A stretch of 64,000 nt of DNA from an uncultured bacterium (GTDB lineage Bacteria; Actinomycetota; Thermoleophilia; Solirubrobacterales; 70-9). A program made the position numbers and the translations under genes. The stretch covers positions 68,274 to 132,273 of the forward strand of contig CAIUSP010000042.1 of NCBI GenBank assembly GCA_903901855.1, read 5' to 3'. Shown here one piece after another: positions 38,604-47,526 of the stretch. How positions within the stretch are numbered: the first letter of the stretch is position 1; each line of letters opens with the position of its first letter. A model generated the notes under the pieces. It saw only the letters and a program-made list of their open reading frames with translations. It had not been told where the DNA came from and did not search any database.

Positions 38604-38688
38604 GCGGTCGAACCATCTTTCAAGGGGCGATTGTAAGCGCGATGCCACGACCGGCGAGCGAGGCCGCGTGCGGCTAGGCTTCCCGATT

Positions 38689-38778
38689 GGAGGGGTGGCA
38701 GAGCGGTTGAATGCACCGGTCTTGAAAACCGGCAGGCGTCTAATGGGCGTCTCGAGGGTTCGAATCCCTCCCCCTCCG
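38689..38778 (+). tRNA. tRNA-Ser (anticodon TGA)
   Basis: Acceptor GGAGGGG/CCCCTCC, anticodon arm CCGGT-CTTGAAA-ACCGG, long variable arm, T-arm GAGGG-TTCGAAT-CCCTC. Confidence 0.9.
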
Positions 38779-38818
38779 CTCGCATCTGCCACCACCCGAA
38801 CCCGAACCCGAGAGATTC

Positions 38819-38855
38819 CCCGCCGTGCGCTCCGTTCCGGCGGCAGGCGGGTTTT
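38819..38855 (+). terminator. Possible intrinsic terminator after tRNA-Ser(TGA)
   Basis: CCCGCC ... GGCGGG stem followed by TTTT (38852-38855). The loop is long, so this is only moderately convincing. Confidence 0.3.
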
Positions 38856-38897
38856 AGGGTAGGTGACCCGCCCATACCCCTACCTATACTGCCGCCT

Positions 38898-40553
38898 GTG
38901 AGCAGGGACCCCCACACCCTCGCAGGAGGAAGTCGCCTGCGCAACGCACTGATTGCAACGTTCGCATTGGGCGCGCTCGTGCTGCTCTGCCTGATGGGCA
39001 CCTCTCGGACGCCGGCGGCGTCCGCCCTGCCGCCGAAGCCGAACGTGGTCGTGGTGATGACCGACGATCAGACCCTCGCCGATTACATGGCGAGGCCTAA
39101 CGGCAAGTGGCTGATGCCCCGCACCCATTCTCTGATCGAGAACCGCGGGGTCCGATTCGCTCGAGCGTATTCGAGCTATCCGCTCTCGTGCCCGTCACGC
39201 ACCACCTTCCTCAGCGGGCAGTACGCCCACAACCACGAAGTGCTCTCGAACGTCCGCCATCCGAACGGAGACGAGGTCGTCTACTGCTCTGACCCGGAGT
39301 TCGACGTCCATTACGACACCACCCTCCCCGCCTGGCTGCAGTCGGAGGGCTACCGCACCATCCACACCGGCCGCTTCCTCAACGGCTTCCCGGCAGTCAG
39401 CCAGACCGAGATCCCGGATGGATGGGATGAGTGGTTCTCGCCGGTCTTCCGGTCTCAGTATCCGTCGGCGAACTTCTACGGCTACGTGATGAACGAGAAC
39501 GGTTCGCTGACCGAGCCGTTCGGCCAGTACCTGCAGATAGACAGCACCAACTACTTCACCGACGTGATCCACGACTGGGCCGATCAGCAGATCGACGCCG
39601 CCATCGATGCCGGCGACCCCTTCTTCACGGTGATCGACGAGCGCGCTCCGCACGAGGACTCCTCGCTTCCCGTCGGCCCGCAGCCGGCGCTGCGACACAT
39701 CAAGACCCCGACCGATCCCCCACCCAAGAACCCCTCCACCGAGGAACGCGACATCTCCGACAAGCCCTATTACATCCGCTCGGGCGGGCGGATCACCTCC
39801 GCCCAGACCAAGAAGGAGTTGCGAGTCCGCAACAAGCGGCGGCAACAGTCGCTTCGGGCGGTCGATGAGGGAATCGGGCATCTGATCGAAAACCTCGAGG
39901 CGGAGGGGGTGCTGGACGAGACCTACATCCTCTTCACCTCGGACAACGGCTTCTTCCGTGGCGAACACGAGATCACGAAGGGCAAGGGGCGCCATTATGA
40001 GCCTGCGACGCGGGTTCCGCTGCTGATCCGCGGACCGGGGCTGAAGCGAGGGCGTGTGAATCACAGCCCGGTGGCCAACGTGGATCTGGCGGCAACGATC
40101 GCGGATGTGACAGGAGCCTCTCCTACACGAACCCTCGACGGCCGCTCGCTGATCCCGTTGGCCGAGAACCCCAGGCGCCTCTGGAACCGGCCGATCCTGA
40201 TCGAGGAGTTCTTCCGAAAGAAGGGGCGACCGGTGCGGCCGCAGGTGGTGATCGCGGGAAGCAAGACCACCCGCCTGCCAAACCACCAGGCGATCATCTC
40301 CGGCTACTGGAAACTGGTCCGCTACGTGACCGGCGAACTCGAGCTCTACCACCTGAAGAGGGATCCGTACGAGGTCTACTCGCTGCACCGAGAGCCGGAG
40401 GCGATGGCACTCCGCAAGTACCTGCTGAGACGACTCGCTCGGCTCGACATGTGTCGCGGCTCCGCCTGTCGGCGCCAGTTCGTGGTACCGAAACGCCTCG
40501 CGGCTGGCGGGCTGAAGGCGCTCGCCCGTGTGTCGCGAAAAGGACGACCCTGA
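38898..40553 (+). CDS. Cys-type (formylglycine) sulfatase
   Basis: [10 protein letters not shown] and [13 protein letters not shown] (CxPxR) motifs; later SDNG and GKG..YE. N-terminal signal-like segment. Confidence 0.85.
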   Translation: MSRDPHTLAGGSRLRNALIATFALGALVLLCLMGTSRTPAASALPPKPNVVVVMTDDQTLADYMARPNGKWLMPRTHSLIENRGVRFARAYSSYPLSCPSRTTFLSGQYAHNHEVLSNVRHPNGDEVVYCSDPEFDVHYDTTLPAWLQSEGYRTIHTGRFLNGFPAVSQTEIPDGWDEWFSPVFRSQYPSANFYGYVMNENGSLTEPFGQYLQIDSTNYFTDVIHDWADQQIDAAIDAGDPFFTVIDERAPHEDSSLPVGPQPALRHIKTPTDPPPKNPSTEERDISDKPYYIRSGGRITSAQTKKELRVRNKRRQQSLRAVDEGIGHLIENLEAEGVLDETYILFTSDNGFFRGEHEITKGKGRHYEPATRVPLLIRGPGLKRGRVNHSPVANVDLAATIADVTGASPTRTLDGRSLIPLAENPRRLWNRPILIEEFFRKKGRPVRPQVVIAGSKTTRLPNHQAIISGYWKLVRYVTGELELYHLKRDPYEVYSLHREPEAMALRKYLLRRLARLDMCRGSACRRQFVVPKRLAAGGLKALARVSRKGRP

Positions 40554-40560
40554 AGCGCAG

Positions 40561-40965
40561 ATGACCGGCAAGAAGATCGAGAAGAGCGACGAGGAGTGGC
40601 GCGAGCAGCTCACTCCCGAGCAGTACGAGATCCTGCGCCGGAAGGGGACCGAAGCGCCGTTCACCGGCGACTACGTTGACGAGAAGCGCCCGGGTACCTA
40701 CAAGTGCTCAGGCTGCGGTCAACCGCTCTTCTCCTCGGCGACCAAGTACGACTCGGGGACCGGTTGGCCCAGCTTCTACGAGCCGATGGATGACGAGGCC
40801 GTCGAAACCGAGGACGACCGCAGCATGTTCATGAAGCGGACCGAGGTCCTCTGCTCACGCTGCGATGCCCACCTCGGGCACGTCTTCGACGACGGTCCCG
40901 ATCCGACCGGGCAGCGCTACTGCATCAACTCCGCCTCGCTGGAGTTGGAACCCGAAGACGAATGA
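40561..40965 (+). CDS. msrB: Peptide-methionine (R)-S-oxide reductase
   Basis: Two CxxC pairs ([21 protein letters not shown]) and the catalytic RYCINS motif. ATG 40561. Confidence 0.92.
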   Translation: MTGKKIEKSDEEWREQLTPEQYEILRRKGTEAPFTGDYVDEKRPGTYKCSGCGQPLFSSATKYDSGTGWPSFYEPMDDEAVETEDDRSMFMKRTEVLCSRCDAHLGHVFDDGPDPTGQRYCINSASLELEPEDE

Positions 40966-40969
40966 CCGG

Positions 40970-42247
40970 TCAGCCTGCAGGAATCGACGCAGGCGCACCG
41001 GCACCCACCAGAACCTCGGGCAGAACCACGCTCCCGTTGGCCTGCTGACCGTTCTCGATCAGCGCGATCAAGGTCCGGCCGACCGCCACAGCCGTGCCGT
41101 TGACGGTGTGCATCGGCTCGGGAGAGGTCTTGCCCTCCCCGTCGGGCCTGAACCGCGCTCCGAGGCGCCGGGCCTGGTAGTCGGTGGTGTTGGAGCAGGA
41201 GGTGAGTTCGCGATACCGCTGCTCGCTGGGGATCCATCCCTCGCAATCGAACTTCCGCGACGCAGGTGCCCCCAGATCTCCGATCGGGATATCCGCGACC
41301 CGATACGGGATGCCGAGACCCCCGAGGATCTCCTCCTGGATCGCGAGGATCTTCTGCTGCTCATCGGATGAAGACGGCGGAGCACAGAAGCTGAACATCT
41401 CGACCTTGTCGAACTGGTGTACCCGGAAGATCCCGCGCGTGTCCTTGCCAGCGGCTCCTGCCTCGCGCCGGAAGCAGGTCGAGATGCCCGCGTAGCGGAT
41501 GGGCAGATCCGCGGCCTCGACTATCTGGTCGGCGTGGAGCGAGGCGAGCGATACCTCGGAGGTGCCGACCAGGAACAGCTCGTCGGCAGGGATCTCGTAG
41601 ATCATCTCCCTCTCGCCCGGGAAGAAGCCGGTGCCGAAGAGTGCCTTCTCCCTGACCAAGACAGGAGGAACCACCGGCTCGAAGCCCTCGGCGCGGACCT
41701 TCTCCACTACCCAGCGGATCAGGGCCAGCTCCACCATCACCAGGTCTCCGAGCAGATAAGAGAAGCGCGCTCCCGATGCCTCGGCGGCCGCCTTCATCTC
41801 GACCCACCCGTGGCGCTCGGCGAGGGTCAGATGATCGACGACCTCGAAGCCGAGGTCGGGGAGATCTCCCACCTCCCGCAGGACGACCGCATCGGCATCG
41901 GTGTCACCGTCGGGGGCATCGGAATCGGGAAGGTTCGGCAACCCGGCCGCGATCAGATCGCAGTCGGCCTCGACCTCCGAGAGCTCGGACTCGAGCCCCT
42001 TGATCTCGGACGAAAGCGCCTTCATCCGATCGAGCAACTCAGCCGCATCGTCTCCGGCTGCCTTGGCCTTGGCTATCTCCTCGGAGGCCCGGTTCTGCTC
42101 GGCACGACCGTCTTCGACCTGCGGCAACAAATCCCGGCGGCGTGCGTCCAGCTCGAGCAGGCGATCGAGATCCTCCCCCGCGCCGCGACGCTGGAGCGCG
42201 GTACGGGCCGCGTCCGGGTCCTTGCGGATGGCTTTCAGGTCGAGCGT
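40970..42247 (-). CDS. serS: Seryl-tRNA synthetase
   Basis: Class II core plus coiled-coil arm. The conserved N-terminus (T)LDLKAIRKDPDAARTALQRRG... continues 39 codons upstream of the first ATG/GTG/TTG (TTG 42130). ACG 42247-42245 aligns with the usual Met and has a GGGAGG SD 9 nt upstream. Confidence 0.85.
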   Translation of the reverse strand, partial: TLDLKAIRKDPDAARTALQRRGAGEDLDRLLELDARRRDLLPQVEDGRAEQNRASEEIAKAKAAGDDAAELLDRMKALSSEIKGLESELSEVEADCDLIAAGLPNLPDSDAPDGDTDADAVVLREVGDLPDLGFEVVDHLTLAERHGWVEMKAAAEASGARFSYLLGDLVMVELALIRWVVEKVRAEGFEPVVPPVLVREKALFGTGFFPGEREMIYEIPADELFLVGTSEVSLASLHADQIVEAADLPIRYAGISTCFRREAGAAGKDTRGIFRVHQFDKVEMFSFCAPPSSSDEQQKILAIQEEILGGLGIPYRVADIPIGDLGAPASRKFDCEGWIPSEQRYRELTSCSNTTDYQARRLGARFRPDGEGKTSPEPMHTVNGTAVAVGRTLIALIENGQQANGSVVLPEVLVGAGAPASIPAG

Positions 42248-42274
42248 GGCTCTCGGCCTCCCGGTAGCGGGTAC

Positions 42275-42640
42275 CTAGTTGCCTGCGTCTTTGCCGGCGT
42301 ACTTGGCGACGAAACGGGCCACGTCCTCGGCGTCACTTCCGACCACGATGTTCTGGGGCATGATCGCTCCGGAGAAGCCACCGTTGCGAATCGCGTAGAT
42401 GGTCGAGAAGTAAGTCTCCTTGCGCTGGTTGAGATTGGGACCCATGGCGCGGGTGGACCGGTTCGAGGTTCCCTCGGCTCCCGCTGCATCGAGCGTGTGA
42501 CAACCCGCGCAGCGCTCGGCGAAGAGCACGGCGCCCTTACGGAGGGGGTCCTCCTCGGCGACCTGGATCCCTTGGGAGCCGCAGCCGGTCAGCCCGAGCA
42601 GGCCGACACAAACGAATGTCAATGCGAGAACTGAACGCAC
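42275..42640 (-). CDS. Lipoprotein-type class I c-type cytochrome
   Basis: Lipobox LTGC-GS, CAGCH haem-binding motif, distal Met in GAIMPQ. Confidence 0.8.
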   Translation of the reverse strand: MRSVLALTFVCVGLLGLTGCGSQGIQVAEEDPLRKGAVLFAERCAGCHTLDAAGAEGTSNRSTRAMGPNLNQRKETYFSTIYAIRNGGFSGAIMPQNIVVGSDAEDVARFVAKYAGKDAGN

Positions 42641-42725
42641 GGCACCATCATATTCGCAACCCGCGACAGCGAGTCTCCTCGCTACGCGAATACCTCCCGG
42701 TGGAGGGGCGGCTAGCTTTCAACCG

Positions 42726-43229
42726 ATGAGCAATCGGCCCGACGAAGCGACAGGAACCGGCCCGACCGGGGAGGAACTTCGAAAGGCGCTCGCGACCTTT
42801 CCAACGGGTATCGCGGTCGTCACCACCTTCCTCGGGGCGGAGCCGATCGGCGCTACCGCCAACGCCGTGACGGGACTCTCCCTGGACCCGCCGCTGATCC
42901 TCGCCTGTCTGGATCGGCGGTCCCGCACCCTGAACGCGATCGAGGCCTCGGGGAGATTCGGCGTGAACGGCCTCGCCGCCGAGCACGAGAGCCTCGCGCG
43001 CAGCTTCTCCGATCCCGAGAGTCGCGAGACCCGCTGGAAGGGGCTCGATTGGGAAGAGAGCCACGGCTCGCCGCGGCTGAAGCAGGTCCCTCTCTGGGTC
43101 GGCTGCTCGTTGCACGATCTGGTCGAGGGCGGTGACCATCTGATCGCGATCGGCGCAGTGGAGGAGATCGAAGGACGGGATGCAGATCCCCTGATCTACC
43201 ACGGCGGCGACTATCACGGGCTGCGCTGA
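42726..43229 (+). CDS. Flavin reductase (FMN-binding split-barrel) family protein
   Basis: LATFPTGIAVVTT...ATANAVTGLSLDPPL...GDHLIAIGAV pattern. Confidence 0.8.
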   Translation: MSNRPDEATGTGPTGEELRKALATFPTGIAVVTTFLGAEPIGATANAVTGLSLDPPLILACLDRRSRTLNAIEASGRFGVNGLAAEHESLARSFSDPESRETRWKGLDWEESHGSPRLKQVPLWVGCSLHDLVEGGDHLIAIGAVEEIEGRDADPLIYHGGDYHGLR

Positions 43230-43241
43230 CCGAAGCCGGGC

Positions 43242-43673
43242 TCAGGCTGCGGGCGAGAGCAACGCGGCGCGAAGGGCCAAGCCGAAGATGACCAGGCACC
43301 CCACAGCCATCACGCCCATCTCGCGGCGCACGATCGCCAGCCCTATCGCCTGCTGCTGATCCGGCGGAACCGAGGCGAAGTCGAGCTCGCCCAATTCCTG
43401 TCTGGCCGCTCCGGCCCTGACCAGCTCCGCGAACAGCGACACCAACAGGCAGAGTCCGCCGTAGACGTAGTGGAGATTCGGAGCCGCATAGCCCCCGAGG
43501 AGCAGCACGGCGCCGAGAGACACCTGGACCACCACCGCGACCTGCGCGACCCTCAGCGCGTACCAGAAGCCGACCGAAGGAGAACTCCTCAACCACGCGA
43601 CCCCACCCCAGGTGCCTGCGGCGAGGGTCGTGACGAGAACGAGTACTCCGAAGATCAGGTGGACGGTGGTCAC
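43242..43673 (-). CDS. Hypothetical membrane protein (4 TM)
   Basis: 143 aa, hydrophobic helices, high GC3. Confidence 0.5.
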   Translation of the reverse strand: MTTVHLIFGVLVLVTTLAAGTWGGVAWLRSSPSVGFWYALRVAQVAVVVQVSLGAVLLLGGYAAPNLHYVYGGLCLLVSLFAELVRAGAARQELGELDFASVPPDQQQAIGLAIVRREMGVMAVGCLVIFGLALRAALLSPAA

Positions 43674-43755
43674 TGCAGTCCGAGGTTAGGCCAAGTCCGG
43701 AGGTCCAAATACCCAGAAGATGGTCGGATATCCGCTTTCTAATGCGGAAAGTCAC

Positions 43756-43796
43756 TTGTGACATGTTGATACAAGCGCGCCTGACGGTGATATAAG
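43756..43796 (+). promoter_or_regulatory. Candidate nuo promoter with overlapping imperfect inverted repeat (Rex/CRP-type operator candidate)
   Basis: TTGATA (43766-71), 17 nt, then GATATA / extended TGATATAAG (43788-96), in an AT-richer patch. Inverted repeat TTGTGAC-ATGTT-GATACAA at 43756-43774. AAGGAG SD 6 nt before the nuoA GTG. Confidence 0.35.
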
Positions 43797-43844
43797 TCTC
43801 AGAGGAGAAACGACCCGACCGACGCTCCCCGAAAGGAGACCCGA

Positions 43845-44204
43845 GTGCTTCAGAGTTATCTACCCATCCTGGTCTTCGGCGCACTCGGGTTGGTGGTCGG
43901 TACCGCCTTCATCATGCTCAACACCGTGCTCGGGCCGAAGCGCCCGAACCCGTCCAAGGGCGACCCCTACGAGTGCGGTCTGCCCACCAACATCGCGAGT
44001 ACCTTCCGCTTCGGGGTCAGCTTCTACCTGATCGCGATGCTGTTCATCCTGTTCGACATCGAGGTCGTCTTCCTCTATCCGGTGGGAGTCCTGGTCGAAT
44101 CCCTGAAGAGCGTCTTCGTGCTGGTGGAGGTAGGGCTGTTCGTCTTCCTCCTGATGATCGGCCTCGCCTTCGTCTGGGCCAGAGGGGCACTCGATTGGAA
44201 GTAG
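43845..44204 (+). CDS. nuoA: NADH-quinone oxidoreductase subunit A
   Basis: 119 aa, 3 TM helices, DPYECG motif. Confidence 0.9.
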   Translation: MLQSYLPILVFGALGLVVGTAFIMLNTVLGPKRPNPSKGDPYECGLPTNIASTFRFGVSFYLIAMLFILFDIEVVFLYPVGVLVESLKSVFVLVEVGLFVFLLMIGLAFVWARGALDWK

Positions 44205-44887
44205 AGAGGAAATCGGCTGCTGAATTCCGCTCCGAGCAACTCCGGGCCCGCGACATGCTGCGTGGTGACCTCGAGGGTGAGGCGCTGGAGGAACACGTCA
44301 AGGAGAGGATCATCACCACGACCCTCGACACGGCGCTCAACTGGGCCCGTGCGAACGCCGTATTCCCCGCTACCTTCGGCCTCGCCTGCTGCGCCATCGA
44401 GATGATGTCGATGGTCGCCTCCCGCTACGACATCGCGCGCTTCGGTTCGGAGGCGTTCAGGGCATCGCCACGCCAGGCCGACCTGCTGGTGCTCTCGGGC
44501 CGGGTCTCGATCAAGATGGCCCCGGTCGTACGACGTATCTACGACCAGATGCTCGAGCCCAAGTGGGTGATCTCGATGGGTGCCTGCTCCTCTTCCGGAG
44601 GGATGTTCTCCAACTACGCGGTGGTCCAAGGGGCCGACAAGTTCATGCCGGTCGATGTCCACGTGCCGGGATGCCCACCGCGCCCCGAGGCGGTGCTCTA
44701 CGGCTTCAACAAACTGCAGAGGCAGATCGTGGGAGACCCCGACCTCGGTTGGCGCCAGCGATACAACGCGGCCGGAACCGAGGAGTGGGCGCGGATGGAG
44801 ACCGGCGTCCCCACTCCGGAGGCGCTCGCCGCAGCACGCCGGGTAGTCGCCCGGGAGGAGAAGGTCGAGCAGGAGGCGGGTGAGTAA
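44195..44887 (+). CDS. nuoB: NADH-quinone oxidoreductase subunit B
   Basis: [18 protein letters not shown] and PGCPPRPE N2-cluster motifs. Start is TTG 44195 (AGAGGGG SD) or ATG 44255. The track start 43973 lies inside nuoA in another frame and is rejected. Confidence 0.88.
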   Translation: MEVERKSAAEFRSEQLRARDMLRGDLEGEALEEHVKERIITTTLDTALNWARANAVFPATFGLACCAIEMMSMVASRYDIARFGSEAFRASPRQADLLVLSGRVSIKMAPVVRRIYDQMLEPKWVISMGACSSSGGMFSNYAVVQGADKFMPVDVHVPGCPPRPEAVLYGFNKLQRQIVGDPDLGWRQRYNAAGTEEWARMETGVPTPEALAAARRVVAREEKVEQEAGE

Positions 44888-44889
44888 CG

Positions 44890-45444
44890 ATGCCGGACGC
44901 GGTAGGACTGGAGCTGATCGCCAAGGAGATCAACGCCGCACATGAGGGCGCGGTGAGAGAGACCGGCCACGAGTATGGCTCGGCCACTCTGGTGATCGCG
45001 GCAGGGAAAAATCTCGAGGTCCTCCGCTGGCTCGAGGAGACGCCGGGCCAGGAGTACACGTTCTGCTCGAGCGTGCATGGAGCCGACTACCTTCCGGCCG
45101 AGCCGCGCTTCGCCGTGCACTACGAGCTCCTCAATCGCGACCGCGTCGAGCGGATCCACGTCAAGGCGCTGCTTGGCGATCCCTCCGCGGGAACCGACGA
45201 CCGGTGGGGCGAGGGGCCGCTGCCGACGCTCCGGAGCAGTGTCGGGATCTTCCCTACCGCGGAGTTCCAGGAGCGCGAGATCTACGACTTCTTCGGCATC
45301 GTGTTCGACGGACACCCGGATCTGCGCCGGATCACGATGCCTGAGGACTACGTCGGGTGGCCGCAGCGACGCGACTTCCCCATAGGAGGCGAACCGGTGA
45401 TCTTCACCAACACCGAGCGGGAGAGAGCGGGCTGGTACGAGTGA
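44890..45444 (+). CDS. nuoC: NADH-quinone oxidoreductase subunit C
   Basis: 30-kDa subunit signature EREIYDFFGIVFDGHPDLRRI. Confidence 0.9.
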   Translation: MPDAVGLELIAKEINAAHEGAVRETGHEYGSATLVIAAGKNLEVLRWLEETPGQEYTFCSSVHGADYLPAEPRFAVHYELLNRDRVERIHVKALLGDPSAGTDDRWGEGPLPTLRSSVGIFPTAEFQEREIYDFFGIVFDGHPDLRRITMPEDYVGWPQRRDFPIGGEPVIFTNTERERAGWYE

Positions 45445-46742
45445 TGCTCGATCCGCGAACCAAACTCGAGGAATCGAAGATCGCCGATCAGTTCGCCGGT
45501 CGTGGGCTGAATCCGCTGATCGAGGACCCCGACGGCGCGGTCGTCACCCCGATGGTCGAGTCGGAGACCTCGACCGACGAACAGGTGATGACGATCAACA
45601 TGGGGCCGCACCATCCGGCCACCCACGGCGTCCTCCGTCTGGTCGTCTCGCTCAAGGGTGAGTACGTGCTCGATCTGAAGCCGGTGATGGGCTATGTCCA
45701 CACCGGAATCGAGAAGTCCTGCGAGCAGAAGAGCTTCTGGAAGGCGATCCCGTTCGTCGAGCGGATGGACTACCTCTCCTACTTCTTCCAGATGCAGGCC
45801 TACTGCGGCTGCGTCGAGCGGATGATCGGGATGGAGATCCCGAAACGGGCCGAGTACCTGCGGATCATCCACATGGAGCTGAACAGGATCCACTCCCATC
45901 TGGTCTGGCTCGGCACCACCGCTCTGGACCTCGGGGCGATGTCGATGTTCTGGTACTGCTTCAACGTCCGTGACCGGATCCTCGATCTGTTCGAGATGTC
46001 GGCCGGCCAGCGGATGCACACCAGGTACTTCCAGGTCGGGGGCGTCGCCGAGGACATCCCTGTCGGGTTCACCGAGAAGGTCAAGGCGTTCTGCCGCGAG
46101 ACGCCGGAACGGGTGGATCAGTACGAGGCGTTGCTCGATCGAAACGAGATCTTCCTGCAGAGGACCCGCGACGTCGGCATCGTCTCGCGCGAGCGCCTCC
46201 TGGAGCTCGGTGTGACCGGGCCTCTGCTGCGGGCCGCCGGTGAGCCGTGGGATCTGCGCAAGGTCACCGACTACCTGCCTTACGGTGATTTCGACTTCAG
46301 CGTTCCGGTAGGGACCGTCGGCGACAACTACGACCGTTACCGGGTGCGGGTGGCGGAGATCCGCGAGTCGATCAAGATCATCGAGCAGGCCGTCGAGGGG
46401 CTACCCGAGGGCCCGCACATAGCCGACGATCGCAAGTACGTACTCCCTCCCCGTGACGAGCTCGGCACCTCGATGGAGTCGCTGATCCACCACTTCAAGC
46501 TGGTTACCGAGGGCTTCCGGGTACCACCGGGGGAGCTCTACAACCCGGTCGAAGGACCACGCGGCGAGACCGGCTGCTTCATCGTCGCCGACGGTTCGGC
46601 AAAGCCGGCAAGGGTCCACTTCCGCGACTCGTCGTTCATCAACCTCCAGTCGCTCAAGGACATGTGTGTCGGCGGTCTGGTGGCGGACTTGATCGTCAAC
46701 CTCGCGATGCTCGACCCGATCCTCGGCGGGATCGACCGATGA
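45444..46742 (+). CDS. nuoD: NADH-quinone oxidoreductase subunit D
   Basis: MTINMGPHHPATHGVLRL, and RVHFRDSSF..L near the C-terminus. ATGA start/stop overlap with nuoC. Confidence 0.92.
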   Translation: MLDPRTKLEESKIADQFAGRGLNPLIEDPDGAVVTPMVESETSTDEQVMTINMGPHHPATHGVLRLVVSLKGEYVLDLKPVMGYVHTGIEKSCEQKSFWKAIPFVERMDYLSYFFQMQAYCGCVERMIGMEIPKRAEYLRIIHMELNRIHSHLVWLGTTALDLGAMSMFWYCFNVRDRILDLFEMSAGQRMHTRYFQVGGVAEDIPVGFTEKVKAFCRETPERVDQYEALLDRNEIFLQRTRDVGIVSRERLLELGVTGPLLRAAGEPWDLRKVTDYLPYGDFDFSVPVGTVGDNYDRYRVRVAEIRESIKIIEQAVEGLPEGPHIADDRKYVLPPRDELGTSMESLIHHFKLVTEGFRVPPGELYNPVEGPRGETGCFIVADGSAKPARVHFRDSSFINLQSLKDMCVGGLVADLIVNLAMLDPILGGIDR

Positions 46743-47521
46743 GCGCCGCCAGCGACAAGGCGGGCGAAGGGATGTTCCCTCAGGAAGTGGATCTCGAAAG
46801 AGTCCTCGACGAGCGCGGCTTCACCCCCGAAATCGCCGAGATCGATCTCGACCAGGCCAAGACGGGAAGCGTCGGTCGCGAGCCGGCGCCGGTGCCAGAG
46901 CCCGGAGAGGTCGAGGTTCCGGAGAAGCTCCGTCGCGAGATCGAGCGCGCGATGGCCAAGTATCCGGAGGTCAAGTCGGCATCGATCCCGGCGCTCTGGG
47001 CGGTTCAGCGCGAGTACGGGTGGTGCTCTCCGGAGGGGATCCATCAGGCCGCGGCCGTGCTCGGTGTGACCCCCGGCTACCTGCAGTCGGTGGCGACCTT
47101 CTACGACCTCTTCCACACCGAGCCGACGGGCGAGCACCAGGTACTGGTCTGCACGAACATCTCGTGCTGGCTGCGCGGAGCCGACGAGATGCTCCAGGAG
47201 ATGTGCGAACAGGCCGGGACGGCGCCCGGTGAGACCTCCGAGGACGGCAAGCTGTTCGTGCGGGGATTCGAGTGTCTGGGGGCCTGTGACCTCGCACCGA
47301 TGGCATCGATAGACGGTGAGTACTTCGGTCCGCTGGAGCCGGGCGAGGGCGCAGAGGCGATCGCTCAGCTGTGTGCCGGCGAGAAGGTGCTCCCCAAACG
47401 CCGGCTCGAGGACCGCGGAGCCGCGGGCGGCAAGCGTGCCGGAGCCGACCGACGCACCTCCAGCCATCCGATGAACAAGACCAAGGCCAAGCCCCGGGCC
47501 AAGAAGACCGGAAAGGCGTAG
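46739..47521 (+). CDS. nuoE: NADH-quinone oxidoreductase subunit E
   Basis: 2Fe-2S cysteines in VCTNISCWLRG and FECLGACDLAPM. ATGA overlap with nuoD. Has a ~60-aa acidic N-terminal extension and a Lys-rich C-terminal extension. Confidence 0.9.
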   Translation: MSAASDKAGEGMFPQEVDLERVLDERGFTPEIAEIDLDQAKTGSVGREPAPVPEPGEVEVPEKLRREIERAMAKYPEVKSASIPALWAVQREYGWCSPEGIHQAAAVLGVTPGYLQSVATFYDLFHTEPTGEHQVLVCTNISCWLRGADEMLQEMCEQAGTAPGETSEDGKLFVRGFECLGACDLAPMASIDGEYFGPLEPGEGAEAIAQLCAGEKVLPKRRLEDRGAAGGKRAGADRRTSSHPMNKTKAKPRAKKTGKA

Positions 47522-47526
47522 GCATC

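Noticed and set aside
38795-38812. Short tandem CCCGAA x3 repeat downstream of tRNA-Ser(TGA), checked as a possible CRISPR/VNTR seed
   Set aside because: There are only three 6-nt units, with no spacer-repeat organisation. I saw no CRISPR-like array anywhere in the window.
38339-40553. tRNA cluster as an integration hotspot or genomic island boundary
   Set aside because: Next to the three tRNAs I saw no integrase, no direct repeat of a tRNA 3' end and no compositional shift. The flanking genes (sulfatase, msrB, serS) have host-like codon usage.
43973-44194. N-terminal extension of the nuoB track ORF into nuoA
   Set aside because: It lies in a different frame inside nuoA. NuoB homology only begins near 44255, so the extension is an artefact of longest-ORF calling.
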